A stretch of 62,027 nt of DNA, counting the filler. It is 3 parts of 3 records of this genome, joined end to end, with 100 filler letters (N's around TTAATTAATTAA, not from the genome) between each part and the next. Parts side by side here need not be neighbours in the genome. Positions count along the whole stretch, not along the records: positions 28,839 to 55,346 come from DRR378314_2233; positions 55,447 to 62,027 come from DRR378314_2258; 1 more part is not named here. One strand, 5' to 3'. Position numbers and translations under genes: made by a program. Shown piece by piece: positions 43,440-56,612 of this stretch (positions within the stretch are counted from its first letter, which is position 1; each line of letters starts with the position of its first letter). The notes beneath the pieces are model-generated. The model saw nothing but the letters and a program-made list of their open reading frames with translations. It ran no database searches and was not told the origin of the DNA.

Positions 43440-46400
43440 ATGGCGGCCGACAGCGCTGCTGCTGCTGCTTTTGACACCCTCTCTCGCGGTGTGCAAATGA
43501 TGTGTCGCAACTATATGTTTGCAAATGCGGTACTGCTGAGCGAACAGTTGCTCGCGATCGAGGTGAACCCGTGCTCAGTGTACCTTCTCGCCAACGCTTT
43601 TTTTCTCTCTGGCGAGACCGAGCGCGCTTCGAGCGCACTTCAGCATCACCAGGCCGTGTTTGCCCGTTTTCATAGCACCTCAGACGCCAATCGTGCCAAT
43701 TTCACGGCATTGTCACGAGATAAATCGTGCATCTATGCACTGCGGTGTAAGAATCTGCACGCTACTTGTGCTTTCAAGCTCGGTAAGCTTGCTGTTGCCG
43801 AGCGCATCTTGGCGCACGTCGCCGAGCGCTATCCAGACACGCCAACTTCAGTTCGTATAGGTATGTTCTTCCTTCATGCGCCCTTGTTTGCCTTGCTGGA
43901 ATAGCGAGATCCTGCAGTGCTTCCCTTCCAGTCTCTCTTTCGGGATCTGAAAATCAAACCATAGAGTGTTGCTTTCGTCCGCGCTCACGAGCAGCAAACA
44001 AACGGCCTGCCGTAGTCTTGCGTACGGAAACCGCCTTTGGCGTTTCTTGTCCGGCAAACTTCTTCCCGCCAATCTCGTGCGAACGAGCTTCGTCCTCTAT
44101 GCTGTGGATGGTTTGGTATTCAATCGCAAGCGCTCGATACGCTTGCTGGCGACTGCCAAACGTATCACATCACAGAATTGTATTGTTCGATACATGTGTG
44201 TTACCGCAGTGCTGCACAGAAGCGCGCCCAGCGCACTATACACTGGCGGAAGTCTGTGCACGCTGCGAGAAGAGTGGCTAGGAAGCGTCGGTCATGTGTG
44301 GCAAACTGTGTGAAGCATTTCCCGCTGTCGCAGAGGCAGCAGCAACGCCTCGCCCCGCCGTTGCTGCTGCCTCTGCCCATACCATCGGGCTGTTTGCCGT
44401 TCAGTCTCTTAGAGGACCCATAGACTCACATGCTTTTTGCGGTACGATCATATTCGACTTGTGGATGATTCGTTGAGGAACTGGCCGCCGACTCGTTCTC
44501 ACAATGAAGCGGGCGTCCGCAACTGTGTGGTGCTTCGCTTTTCCGTGCATTCCTTCATGTTTCCGCAGACCTCGCGGCGACCGGCGCGGACTTGAGCGAG
44601 AGCGGAGAAATCGATGCCGCTGCTCTGCACTTGCTGGGATGCATCTCGCGGCAAACTGCGCGAGAGAGCCGTGCGCAAAACTATTTTCGTTTTGCTCTTT
44701 TGTGTAATCCGATGCAGTTTGCGTCGTACATACAGCTTTGCGAGATGGATATGGCGCCTCCAGCAGCGGATTTGTTCGGGTCGTATGCGCTCCCATCGCT
44801 AGCAGATGCAGGCCTTGGCAAGGCTGCGGCACACTCTCACGCGGCTTCCGGCTCCGAAACGAATGTTTCAGAATCAGGCGATGTAGCTACGCCACTTGCT
44901 TCGGCTGCTGTGCCACCGGGCGCTCGAAGGGCGCTCGCGCAGCAAGGCTGGGCAGGAGGAGTTTCCGGAGCGCCGGCAATTCCTCCTCCCGGATGCGAAA
45001 CGCCGTCCGCGCCAAGTACAAGCGCGCTGCCGCCGCCGCCCAGGAAGCGCTCGGCGTCCACTCGCGCAGTCCAGCAGCAGACCAATGCATCTCCTGTGGT
45101 AGCCGCAACTCCACAAAACACGGGCATTCCTCCCCCGATACCAGCTCCTGTATTTGTTACGCCATCGCCGATGGCTGCGCGACAGGACGGCGGCGCGACA
45201 CCTCAGGGGTCGATTCTCGGCCGTCGGCATGCGCGCAGCATCATGCCCGAGTGGATCAGGCGCGACCTGCAGCCGCTACGTAAGGAGCCTCCTTTGCCTC
45301 CTGTGGGAAGCCTTGTAAGTGGCCCGCCGTGGCGCGTGTGCGAAGGGACGCCGCGAGAGATCGGTGCCTCGTACGTGTACGCGTTGCTGCGTATCCTCGG
45401 GACAGCAGCGGCGCACCGATCGCGCTACGAGTGCTCGTCGGCTGTCGCGACGCTCCTCGATCTCCCTCCGCAACACCAGGCGACGGGCTGGGTGCTCGCA
45501 GTTGCCGGCGTGTGCCACTACGAGCGCACTCGGCTTGTGGATGCGCTTGATGTTTTCAGGCGCCTCAGGAGTATAGCTCCGTATCATTTAGAGGGACTCG
45601 AGTATTTCTCCTCCGTCCTGTGGACCGTGAATCACCAGGATGAGCTGGGCCAGCTGGCGCATGAGCTTTCCGAGACGTTCCGCGACGCGCCAGAGACTTG
45701 GTGTGTGCTCGGGAACTGCTTCAGCTTGCACAAGGAGCACCGCGAGGCAGTCCGTTATTTCCAGCACGCCGTCGAGTTACAGCCGAACATGGCGTATGCC
45801 TCAACGCTTGCTGGTTTCGAGCTTGCGGCGCTGGGCGAAGCTGAAGCTGCGTTGGCGGCGTTCCGCACTGCGTTGGCTGCCGATGAACGGCACTACCGTG
45901 CGTGGTTTGGCATGGCGAGCGTGCACCTGAAGAACTCCAAGCTGCCGACAGCTGACCTGAGCCTTCGCCGCGCACTGCGCATTGCCCCGTACAACAGTGT
46001 CCTCGCATGGACGCTGGGAATGACGCTGTTCCGCCGAAACCGCGTGCAGGAGGCGCTGCGCGAGCTTGACACGGCCATAGCTCTGGACGACCGCAACACG
46101 GTGGCAATCTTTGATCGCGCGCGCGTCCGCATCTCGCTGGGTGAGCGCGACGAGGCGCTTGCCGACCTGGAGCGTCTGCGCGACCACGGCCCAAAATACG
46201 CGGGAATCTACGCGAAGCTGGGCGCTCTGTACAGCAGCCAGGGGGATATAGACAAAGCGCTGGTGCATCTCAACACCGCGCTTGATCTGGATCCCAAGGG
46301 CGCTGGCGCTGCAGAGGTCCGCGAGCTACTGGAGCAAATCACGAGCCGAGAAGGAGAGCCTGAAAGCCCCGCCGATGCGCCAATGAACCACAGCGAATAG
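43440..46400 (+). CDS. CDC27: Anaphase-promoting complex subunit Cdc27/APC3
   Basis: Exons 43440-43860 and 44569-46400 join in phase (GTATGT...CCGCAG); N-terminal APC3-like domain, Pro-rich linker, TPRs PYHLEGLEYFSSVLW, PETWCVLGNCFSL, RHYRAWFG. Confidence 0.88.
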
Positions 46401-47946
46401 CACGGCCAGCCTACCGCTACCCGCGTCCCAGGCCGTTGTCGAATACACGTGTGTGATTCGTGCTTTTGCAAGGGAAGCGCTGTGCCGAAAGCGTTTCCCT
46501 GGTAATTGATACCCCTTTCAAATTTAACATTCGCACAGGCGAAGCACAAAACCGGCCTGATTCGGACCAGGGGGGGAGGGGAGAAATTTTGTTGTTTCCA
46601 CGCGCAACACAAAAGAGTCGGTGCACGGCAGGCTTGGACGCAAGGTTCCCCGAGCCCGGTAGTCTCGCTAGGGCTGGAAACCCTACGCTTTGCGGCTTGC
46701 TCTGCAGCGCTCTGCAACATTCGCAGCGCACCCGGCTGGCTTCTCCGACGTCAAGCTGGCCAGCGCACTGGCAGCGTGAACGTGCGTTCTGTACGAGCAG
46801 GTACCTGCAGGCAGCTCAGGCACACGTATGTACGCCGCTCCCGCGTTCTGAATGTATATCATGCTCTACATTTCACGCTACTCCTTCGTAGACTGTGATG
46901 TAGTTATGCCGTTGACCGCGTGGGCGCTCGCATCTTGAACGGCGTCCGCTTCCACGCGCGCTTGCTCGCCTCCGCGCGCCGTGGGAAGCTGTGCAGGACA
47001 AGGCTACGAGAGTGGCAGCAGCCGGCGCAAATGCCCTCGGGCGAATAGCTTGGATACGAGTTTGTTTTTGCAATATGAGAGGAGGTATTTACCGTGGGGA
47101 TTCCTGGCTGAGTCGAGGCTCCTGCGGCCTACGCGCCTGCACTTGTCGTCCGTACGGGAGACGTGTAGCACAGAGCGCACCGACAGCACCTGCGCGAACG
47201 CGCACGTCACACTCGCTGCGGCACTGCGTGCCGGTGAACGCGCAAGTCGTGCGTCAACTTCCCCTTCGCACGAGTTGGTGACTCGAGCCGCGTGGATTGC
47301 TGGCTGTGGTTTTACGCGAACCGCCGTACATATCCTTGTGCTGTGTATACGATTGGGAAGATCGAAGGGCGGCGCACGTTTGTCCCCGCGCGTGCTCTGC
47401 AGCGGGCGGCGGTGCACTCGCTGCCTGTGCCACGTCGTCGTGCCGCTGTGAGCTCGCTTTGGGCCAGCAGCGCGGTAGCTTGGTTGCGGGAACAGGAGCT
47501 TCCATATTTGGCCGTGTTTGCGCTTGGCGACGTATCCGCTTCAAGTTTACGGAATCTCCTCCCGCTGAAAAAGAAGACGATCAAACTGCAGTAGGATGGT
47601 TGATCATTGAACTACAAATTCCGCATACATTTGCTTGCGCGTGGAGCTCGAATGCGCCGCGGAACTGTGGTGGCGCGTTCTATGGAGCCGCGCAGCAGAC
47701 GGCTCCCCAGTTCGCGACTTGGCGTGCGGGGAACAAAGCCGCCGTCACACCCGCTGCAGTTGCGCGCGAAGCCTTCCGCACCTGTGAGATGTGGCAACCA
47801 CCGTCACTCCCCTGTAAATCAGAAGCTCTCCATCGATGCAGTACATCGCTTCTGCTTTTATCGACGCCACGCTACTGGGAAGTGGTTCTTAGTCGCCAGG
47901 TGCGCGTTTCTGTGGGTTCTTCGGACAGGCACGCCGGTTCGACGCG

Positions 47947-50900
47947 ATGAGCACCGCCGGAATGACACCGGTGCAGCGCGCCACGCGGCCGACGCTTCTC
48001 GGCCCTGACTGGCAGGAGAACCTCGAGGTATGCGACACGCGGCAGCAGTGTGCCGCACGAGTGAAACCCGGAAAGCGGTAGGTCGATTTGTTTCCTCCAA
48101 TGTGACAGTCAAAGTGAAATACCACGGTGTCGCCTCTTTTCCTTACGAGCTGGTTTGGGACGGCGGGTATGCGGTGCGTGCAGCTTGTCGACCGCGTAGC
48201 CTCGTCGCAAGATCAGGCCGTCGAGGTGTTTGCCGAGGTGGCAGAAAGCCTTGCGTCGGGGAACCCCAAGGTACGCCACCTACTCGTGAGTGCAACTGCT
48301 CGTGTCTCGCCTTGCGCTACTGTTTTAACAGCATGAAGTAGGTGCAATCTTTCTGTGTGTGTGGTGGCGATGGTAGCGACGCAGCTGGCGCGTTTTGCCT
48401 CTGGTAGTGCTATCGCCCATGCCGGCACAAACGAAAAGGGTCTGTAGCAAACTCAATACACCGCTGCTCTGGTCGTCGCGCCTGATCTCCCGTCGGCTCG
48501 TCGCGCACGCGCACGCGCTTGCACTTCTGGGGCAATTATGTAGGTTCGATCTCTTGCAGTCATGTTGTACGAGTGTCTTGTGAAGAATATCCCCCAGAAC
48601 TCGCTCCAGTTCGGTTCAACGGAGGAAGTCCTCGCGCTGGTGGCGCGCATGGCCTCCGTGTCGGCGGGCCAGCTTGCGGAAGCTCGAAGCAGCGCACGCA
48701 GTGCGCTCGTCGAGCTCCACGATGCTGCCGTGCGAGGCGTTCCGATCGGATCTGTACGTTTTGCTACCTATGGATATAGAAACGCATTCTCAGTTCTCTC
48801 ATTCTTTGCCTCGGGGCTGCTGCAATGGGGAAAGGGGCCGTCTTGATTGCCTGGGAGGCTGAGCTATCTACTCGGTGCTTTTCTGTTCCTCTCTTGGGAC
48901 TGTCATCGTTTGGCTCTCTACCTGCGCACGTATGGTGTTTACTAACCGTTGGATCAACGTGTATTTCTGTTACTTTGAAGCTCCTGGCTCTACGAACAGC
49001 GCTGGAGGATGCAGGCATTGAGGTGAATCCCGATTTCCCGCTTGCTGCGGAAGGTCACCGAGAGCGCGGAGCTCTTCCGTCGCGCGGACCTGGACACGCT
49101 CCGCCCACGCCCGAGTATGCCTCTCCTTACGAAGCAGATTCGCAGGACCATGTGCGTTGCGGTTCTTGCAAAATGCTTATATTAGATACTAATGTTCGTC
49201 GATAGGAATATTCTGCTGCAGAAAGGAAATATCTGATATTTCCGTAGATGTTCGACGAGCCAAAGGGGTGTGCAGCGGTGCTCCACGTACCGATCCTCAG
49301 CCATGCACGCGAGCAAAGTCGACGGACAGCCGTACCGTCCTAAACGCGCAGCGCTCGTCCCGCGACGTTGTCCGCCTGCACCGCATGCGTGCTGCAGATA
49401 GTTGGACTGTACGCAGCCGTAATATCAACCCCTCTCCTTTTTTGCAAATGCTCTTCTCTTAACATTTTTAAAAGAAACGGTTTTCATCATAGTTGTTTGT
49501 ATTGTTTCTCCTTCATTCCTGGTCGAGGTGTGCTGCCGCTCCTTTGCAAATCACTCTGTGCTCACGAAGTATGCGGCGCTGGCGCGGAAGCCGGTTTCGC
49601 TTAAGTTTACCATGGCTTTTGCTCCGTCTTGATTCTACATGCACGGCCACGGCGCGCGCTGTAGATCTTACGATTGTATGCTGCGCTAGGATTCTGATGG
49701 GTATACATGTGCGCTGCTTATGTTTTGTTGCCTGTACCTTTTTTGGCAGGCACGTCCCGGTGCCGATGGGAACGATGATGCTCTGGTGAACAAAATCCGC
49801 CGAGACCTCGAGGTTGTTCGCCAGAATACAAAGTCGCTCGCCGAGATGATGTCATTCGTTGACGTGAACGATCCCAGTACGGTGCGTCGCCTTCACCTTC
49901 TCGCGCCGCTCACGCCGTCGCGGTACAACTCGGTCTCTTCACGCACGTGTGATGGCACCGCCTCTCATACCATCGTGTGATAGATGCACAACGCTCAGTT
50001 CTTTTGGTGAGAAGACGTTGAGGAAACAGGGGATCGGAAAGAGCGCCGTGACTGTGTGCCAGCGTTCGCTGCGGTAGAATGCCGGTCTCCAACCAAGGCT
50101 GAGGCACAGCAGCGCGTTCCTTGCGCATGTGCGCGCATCACAATACTTGGCAGCTGTGACACGATTCCGGTAGCAAGCGTCGCAGAATCCGCAAGCACGC
50201 ACGTATACCTATCTTGTGGAAAGCGAGTGTATCACGTGCGTAGTCTCGCACTCGGCATGAACTTCTTTCGCTGTGCAAACATGAACGTGCAACTCGCTGC
50301 AGATTGAGAGCCTCAGGAGCAACGATGTCATTTCCGATCTTGCAAACAAGGTGAAAAGCATGCAGAAGCGCCTTGTCCAGCTTGCAGAAGATGTCGTGCA
50401 GCGAAATCTCGAGGTGGTTCTCCCCGATGTGTTGAGCGCAAATGAGGAGTGTGTATTCGTCGTCAACTCATACGATGCGTACCGGGAAGGTCGCTTGCCA
50501 CCCGGGTATGACAGTAATCCGCAAAATCGGTCACCAGCACCGCATAGTCGTGGTGCTGAAGTCGTATCGAAAATTGACAGTCTGCTCGTAGATCTGGATA
50601 ACACAACTCTTGAGGATACTCGGCGAATTCCGCAGCAAGAGAGTGATGACCCGTTCGACGCGCTGGCTCGAGGCCGTGCGTTGCATGGGACGAGCGCCCC
50701 TGCGGAGGCGCCGCGCTACGGAAGTCAGCAACCCTCTCCGGTCGCTCCCGATATGCCCTCGTTCGAAGCCGTCACGGCGGGCGACAGCGCAGCGTCGCAA
50801 GGAGCGCAAGCTCCTGTTGAGGATGAGTTTGATGCACTCGCTCGGCGGCATCTGGCGCCACCAGCTCCCGAGGCGCCGCGTGCCGAGCCGCAATCGACAC

Positions 50901-51061
50901 AGCAGCCTATCGACGACTTGCTGGGATCGTATGAACTCCCCACGCACGCTGATGCGATGGATGATCAAGGTACCGGACTTTCCTCGGCGAACGCCACAAT
51001 CGACCTGGATGACCTCGACGCATTTCTTAATGAGCACAGCAAAAAGTCTGATTCTCTCTGA
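47947..51061 (+). CDS. VHS-GAT domain protein (TOM1-like), spliced
   Basis: Exons 47947-48027 (ATRPTLLGPDWQENLE), 48184-48270 (..SGNPK), from 48544 (VRSLAVMLYECLVKN); GAT-like exons near 49750-49881 and 50303 onward; acidic tail with DPFDALAR/DEFDALAR; internal junctions partly unresolved. Confidence 0.8.
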
Positions 51062-53546
51062 GAACAGGCAGCGCCAGATGCAGAGTTGCTCGTCAAGCAG
51101 AACACTTCCGTTTACGCCGGGAGGACGAAAGCTTTCGCCGGCGTCTCGAGCGGTATTTGCGAGATGGGGGACAATAGCTACAATGTCTGAAGCGAATCCG
51201 TGTATCGATGTTTCTTGGACAAGCCGACCGTGCATTTGTACGTGCGCAGAAGTCGTGCCATCTGCACGTTTGTGATGTACCTGCTGTCTTTGTTTTTTTT
51301 TTTCTGTTGCGGAGCTGGGTGTTCTCCCCACTCGCAGCATGCAGCAGCAATGTCCGGCAACTGTTCTGGCGTTGCATGTGAAAATCACTGCCGTGTCAAC
51401 GTGGCCTGTCCGCGCCTACATGTGGCAAATCAATATATGAAATGATCATGTCAAAAGGGAGCGTACGCACAGGCCGCGCCAACGCCGGCGTTGCTGCGAA
51501 GAAGATCGTGAGCACGTTGCAGCTTTCATACCGTCGAACAGGAGCACCACGCGGGCTTATTCGCGCCCGGGCTGCGCGTGCAGCTGCCGATGCTGCACAA
51601 AGGCAACCCTCGCCGGCGGGGGATCGGTGCGAAATTGTTACCATTTCGGGCCGCGCAAGAAGACAGGGCTAACGCGCAGGAGCGCGAAGCAGAGCACGAA
51701 TATTGTTTCCGAGACTTGCAGCGCGGAAGCAGGAACGACCTTACCGCACAGCTAGGCGTTGCACGCACTTCGAGAGCCGCGCGACTGCAGACTTCTGCAC
51801 TTCACCCAGAGGAAGCACTGTTCGGTACGTAAGGCAAGGCGAACCTGGCACGGTGCTTGGGGCTGCCGGGGAGAAGGGAACCACATAGCACGCGGAAGCG
51901 TGTTGCGATCGTTGTCGCGCTGCCCACAAGAAGATCGCGGATACCGCACACCGCATCGCCGAAACCAGTGCGCAACCCGTCGCGCGCGCCCCCAAGGCAT
52001 ACGCGCCGTTCTTCCTCTCCGACAACGGGTTTACCGTCGTTCATCGCACTTCGTGAGTCGCACTCAAGGTACTGATCAAAGAACATGGATTGTGATGAGG
52101 AGGCACGAGAAACCCTGCGCCGCAAGCAGCAGTGAGCTGGTGTTGGAGATAGCGAGCAGGAAAGCCGTTGCCGCGTCGCCTTGGCCTGTCCGGGCGGTGT
52201 CGTCGCCACCTCGTCCAACGGAGCCTCTTCGGCCAGCGCTGCGCGATGCTCAACGGCTACCCTCCGCCTGCGATAAGCTGTGCTTCAGCTCCGCGCAACA
52301 CTGTTGCACAGCCGCACTTGTGCGCACGAGTAATCTACATGATATGTAGTCGCCGCGGAATATGGCGGTCCGACGCAAGGGATAGTGCCTGTTGCACTGG
52401 ATACTCGGCGCAGCGGTTTCGCACTGCGATCGCGCCGCGTGCTGTCGCCAGGCATGACGAGTAAGGTGTGCCGCATCCGGAGCGTGTGGCAATGTGCACC
52501 TTGCTGGCGAGAGATCGTCGCACCCTGGATATCCTCGGCAGCGGCGCCGGTTCATGAACTCGCCAGCCCAAAGCAAGCAAGCCCATCCGCTTGCGAAGGT
52601 GCATATGGCGCGCAGCAGAACTTTGACCCGAAAAGAATACCTAGCGCCGTATGCACACAGGCTTGGGTACTTGTGTCAGCTCTCGTTCGGACATGCGCGA
52701 GCGGACAGCGTAACAAGCGCAGCACGCAAACGGTTCCGTTGCAGCGTGTCGTCCGCAAGCATGCGCCGCGACTGCGCAAGCGGTGAAACGTGGAGCAGGG
52801 CGCAACTGTCCTGCAAATCGTCCCCGCTCACTGCGGTAATACGAGCCATTCCGTGCGTCCAAGTTTTGCTCTACACTCCTTTTTATGGCGCCTAACGCAT
52901 GTTGAATAGCCTCGGGGCGTACCAAGCTTCCGTGGCTGGCGCTGTGCGAGAAATGCCGACTCGCGTTGTCACAGCGGCTTCAGGTAGCGCGGTATCCCCT
53001 CTTCTGCACAGTCCGAAACTCTCAGAACGCCCGGAAGGAGACGAGCTGCCCGCGACCCCTTGCACAGGCTCGTGCGCGCGCTGCAGGCATCCAGCAGCAC
53101 ACACATCGCATCTGTCCACATGGGAGACCAACGACTTTGTGCTCCTGTAGAATACTGTGCGCTGCTTCGTGCAGAAAAGGGGGGAGGGGTCGTTGCCGCT
53201 GCGTTTTCAAGACCGTGGTCGCTCTCCGCGCGACATGTCAGCTGCCCGCGATCGGCCCCTGCCAGCGCTGACAAAGTGCGTTTCGCATCGCTGCTCCGCT
53301 TGCGCTGTCCGCTCTTGAACGTGTGGCACTGCAGCCGCAGGACCCGGTTTTTTTTTCTGATTCCAGTCGAGGCAGCGAATCTTGTGGGGCATCCATTCCA
53401 GTAACAGGGACGTGCTTGCAAGGAAACTGACGTAAGGCTCTCGTTCCGGCGCGACACATTTTCCCCAGCGAACCAAGGGCGACGGGCGCGCCACCTCCCC
53501 GGCGGCCAGGAAAAGCTAGTAGGCCGCGGAAACGGCCTGCGAGGAG

Positions 53547-55346
53547 TTGAGAGCCGCGCGGCACACGCAGGCGGCGATGACACCCGCTCGAGCTCCCGCT
53601 CCACGCCAGCAAGATGCGGTCGACAGCAGCAATCCCTTGGAAGTGTTCTCTCTCCGACAGGAAAGGCGCGAGCGGCGTGTCAGAACTGAGAAAGATGCGG
53701 AAAAGCTCCGTGCGAAGAGGCAGCGAATCCTTGAGCTGATCGGCGACTCGGCAGCGGTGCCGTGCATCAACGGCACCGAATTGACCGACGAGGCACACCG
53801 AGAAGACAAGCCCGCGTCCCGGCCCACCTCGCCGCGCCCGCTGTCCATGCCGCACTCTTATCCCCAATCACCTGACTCAAGCATATCCATTTCCCCGCCC
53901 GGGCTGGCGGAAATGGCGCATCTCACAAATGACGCCGCTGCGGGCTACCCAAGGCAACAAGGCGCAGCGGTTCTGGATGCCCCGTGGCTGCCGCCTCCCG
54001 GCAAGCTGCGGCCACAAACCGCCGTCAACAGCACCGCGCGATACCACTATGAGCGCATGTGCCTCCCAGTTGTTTCTCCGGCATTCTCCAGCTCCAATCC
54101 GTCAGCCGCTCGCAAACAGTATTCGCCCGATCAGGCAACCTGGCCGTCGCTCGCAGTGCTGCCATCTGACGAACAGGGCGGCAGCGCTGCGCAGCCGCAG
54201 CAGCTACTGCACGCGCTTCGAGGAACATTGCAGCACGGCTGGTCGCTCGACCACCTGTACACGCGAGGCGGCACTCCAGAACCTGAGCCGCGGCGTGGAT
54301 GGACATCGTTTGTTGGGGGCTTCCTTACAAATCCAAGGCTATTTCTCGAGCAAGTCTTGCGCCAGGACGGGCGCAGCTTGCGTGTCCTCTTCCCGGCGCC
54401 TTGCCCTGGGCAGGATCTCCGCGTAGCACCCTTCCCAGAGCTTGTCGCGCGGGTCGCACGAAATTCCCGGGCCCTCCCGCGGCGCGGCCTTCGAATCTGG
54501 CATGCGCTGACGATCGACGATGGTCATGACATTCTCGCAGAAGCATGCATTACACGTTCACGAAGTGCTGAGCGGGTGTGGAAGTACTGGGTCGAAGTGC
54601 ATTTCACGAACGATGCGGCAGCACGCTCAGCTGCAGACGCTTTCGAGGCAGCGGGAATGGCGCGGTTGCCCCACACCTGCGATGCAATATCGTGCGATGT
54701 GTTCCCTGAAGGGCTGCTTGTACACCGCATTACAGGCCTGGGTAGAACACGTGGAGAAGCACGCGCTGGAGAGCTCAGCACACAGTTTTTTGTGACGAAG
54801 CAGTCCGACGGCGTGGTGGCGGTGTGTCGACTCGCCTACACGAACGAGGAGATTGGGTCGTGTGGCCCGACAATCCACATGCTCGAAGTGCACCCGCGGT
54901 GGCGGCGCCAGGGAGTCGGCACTCTGCTTGTCCGCCTTGTGGAGCGACTTGTGTCAGACACTATGGAAAACGTACCGATTCTGCCCATCCAAGTCTCGCA
55001 CGTGATTGCCGGACGCGAGTTCCTGCAGTCGCTCGGCTATACATTCACCGATAGCAGGCAGCGTGGGTTCCAGGCCGTTCGCCTCTTGCGCACAAGACGC
55101 TCGCGCGTGCCAGCGCCCGCGGATGCGCGCGAGGCGCAGCCCGAGTCCGCCGCATATATGCGCCAGCATGCGCGCACAACAGGTCAGCTGCAGGACTCCG
55201 ACTATCCACGATGCATAGCAGTGGGCGATTTACGCTTTGGAAACTCGTGCGCGGCAGCCGGCGCAAATCCAGCGCACTCTCCGCCCGAAGTGACCTATCG
55301 GACTCGCTCGGGGCGGATCGTGCGGCCCTCGGACAAAGGGAGTTCC
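53547..55346 (+). CDS. GNAT acetyltransferase-domain protein; large exon, 3' end truncated
   Basis: About 600 open codons; IHMLEVHPRWRRQGVGTLLV (acetyl-CoA-binding motif A) and FLQSLGY (motif B); upstream exons may lie in 51444-53090. Confidence 0.65.
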
Positions 55347-55446
55347 NNNNNNNNNNNNNNNNNNNNNNNNNNNNNNNNNNNNNNNNNNNNTTAATTAATT
55401 AANNNNNNNNNNNNNNNNNNNNNNNNNNNNNNNNNNNNNNNNNNNN
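55347..55446. other. Artificial contig linker
   Basis: Same N44-TTAATTAATTAA-N44 spacer. Confidence 0.98.
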
Positions 55447-55607
55447 CTGGAGTATGTTTTTTGCGGATTTCATCAACTTCGATTCGCTTAAGGTAAACTC
55501 TTGCGGCCAAGGCTGAGCGAGAGTCACGATCAGCGCAAATTGGAATCCGGGGAGAAGCCTGGGGATAACCCGTGGCACAACCCTGTACATCAGAGGGAAA
55601 ATCAAAA

Positions 55608-56525
55608 ATGCCGCTTTCGATGAACCGCGAGGTCTTTATCACCTGCGCCGTGACCGGCTCCGGAGGCACCCAGGATCGCAGCCCGCATGTGCCCCGCTCG
55701 CCGAAAGAAATCGCCGACAGCGCCATCGCTGCGGCCAAGGCCGGGGCGGCGATCGTGCATTGCCATGTGCGTGATCCTGAAACCGGCGCGCCCTCGCGCG
55801 ACCTTGGGCTCTATCGCGAGGTCACCGACCGGATCCGCGACAGCGACACCGATGTGGTGCTGAACCTCACCGCCGGAATGGGCGGCGATATCACTTTTGG
55901 CGGCGTCGAGAATCCATTGCCGGTCAAGGCCGAGGGCACCGACATGATTGGTGCAACCGAACGGGTGGCCCATGTGGCCGAGTGCCTGCCGGAGATCTGC
56001 ACGCTGGATTGCGGCACCATGAACTTTGCCGAGGCCGACTATGTGATGACCAACACGCCTGGCATGTTGCAGGCGATGGGCAAGATGATGACGGATCTGG
56101 GCGTGAAGCCGGAGATCGAGGCCTTTGACACCGGCCACCTTTGGTATGCCAAGCAGCTGGTGAAGGATGGCGTCCTTGAGGCGAACGCGCTGGTGCAGCT
56201 CTGCATGGGGGTGCCGTGGGGCGCGCCGAATGACCTCAACACCTTCATGGCGATGGTCAACAATGTGCCCGACGACTGGAACTGGTCGGCGTTCTCCCTG
56301 GGGCGCGATCAGATGGCCTATGTGGCGGCCTCGGTGCTGGCGGGCGGCAATGTGCGGGTCGGGCTGGAGGACAATCTCTACCTCGACAAGGGCGTGCTGG
56401 CGGAGAACTGGCAGCTGGTGGAGCGTGCTGGCACCATCATCTCCAACCTCGGTGCGCGGGTGATCACCCCGGCAGAGGTGCGTACGCGGCTTGGTCTGAC
56501 CAAACAGGCGCCTGTGGCGAAGTAA
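55608..56525 (+). CDS. cdhC: Beta-keto acid cleavage enzyme (DUF849/BKACE), probable 3-dehydrocarnitine cleavage enzyme
   Basis: ITCAVTG, HCHVRD, KPEIEAFD, NVRVGLEDN; upstream of carnitine dehydrogenase; GAGGG RBS before ATG 55608. Confidence 0.88.
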   Translation: MPLSMNREVFITCAVTGSGGTQDRSPHVPRSPKEIADSAIAAAKAGAAIVHCHVRDPETGAPSRDLGLYREVTDRIRDSDTDVVLNLTAGMGGDITFGGVENPLPVKAEGTDMIGATERVAHVAECLPEICTLDCGTMNFAEADYVMTNTPGMLQAMGKMMTDLGVKPEIEAFDTGHLWYAKQLVKDGVLEANALVQLCMGVPWGAPNDLNTFMAMVNNVPDDWNWSAFSLGRDQMAYVAASVLAGGNVRVGLEDNLYLDKGVLAENWQLVERAGTIISNLGARVITPAEVRTRLGLTKQAPVAK

Positions 56526-56612
56526 GCAGCGACAACATGGGAACTCTCTCCGGGGCATGGGCGTTTCGGTCCTGATACCAAACTCAAACCCAGATCCCCG
56601 GAGGTCCCATTC

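Noticed and set aside
28839..55346. The very many overlapping Arg/Cys/Ala-rich ORFs in the track
   Set aside because: Expected by chance in GC-rich intronic DNA; the real genes appear only after splicing
28739..55446. Bacteria-to-eukaryote horizontal transfer or an endosymbiont insertion
   Set aside because: Both junctions are identical synthetic N/TTAATTAATTAA linkers, so adjacency carries no biological information
55447..55500. Start of a divergent GlxA/CdhR-type regulator
   Set aside because: Plausible from context, but too little sequence before the linker to support it
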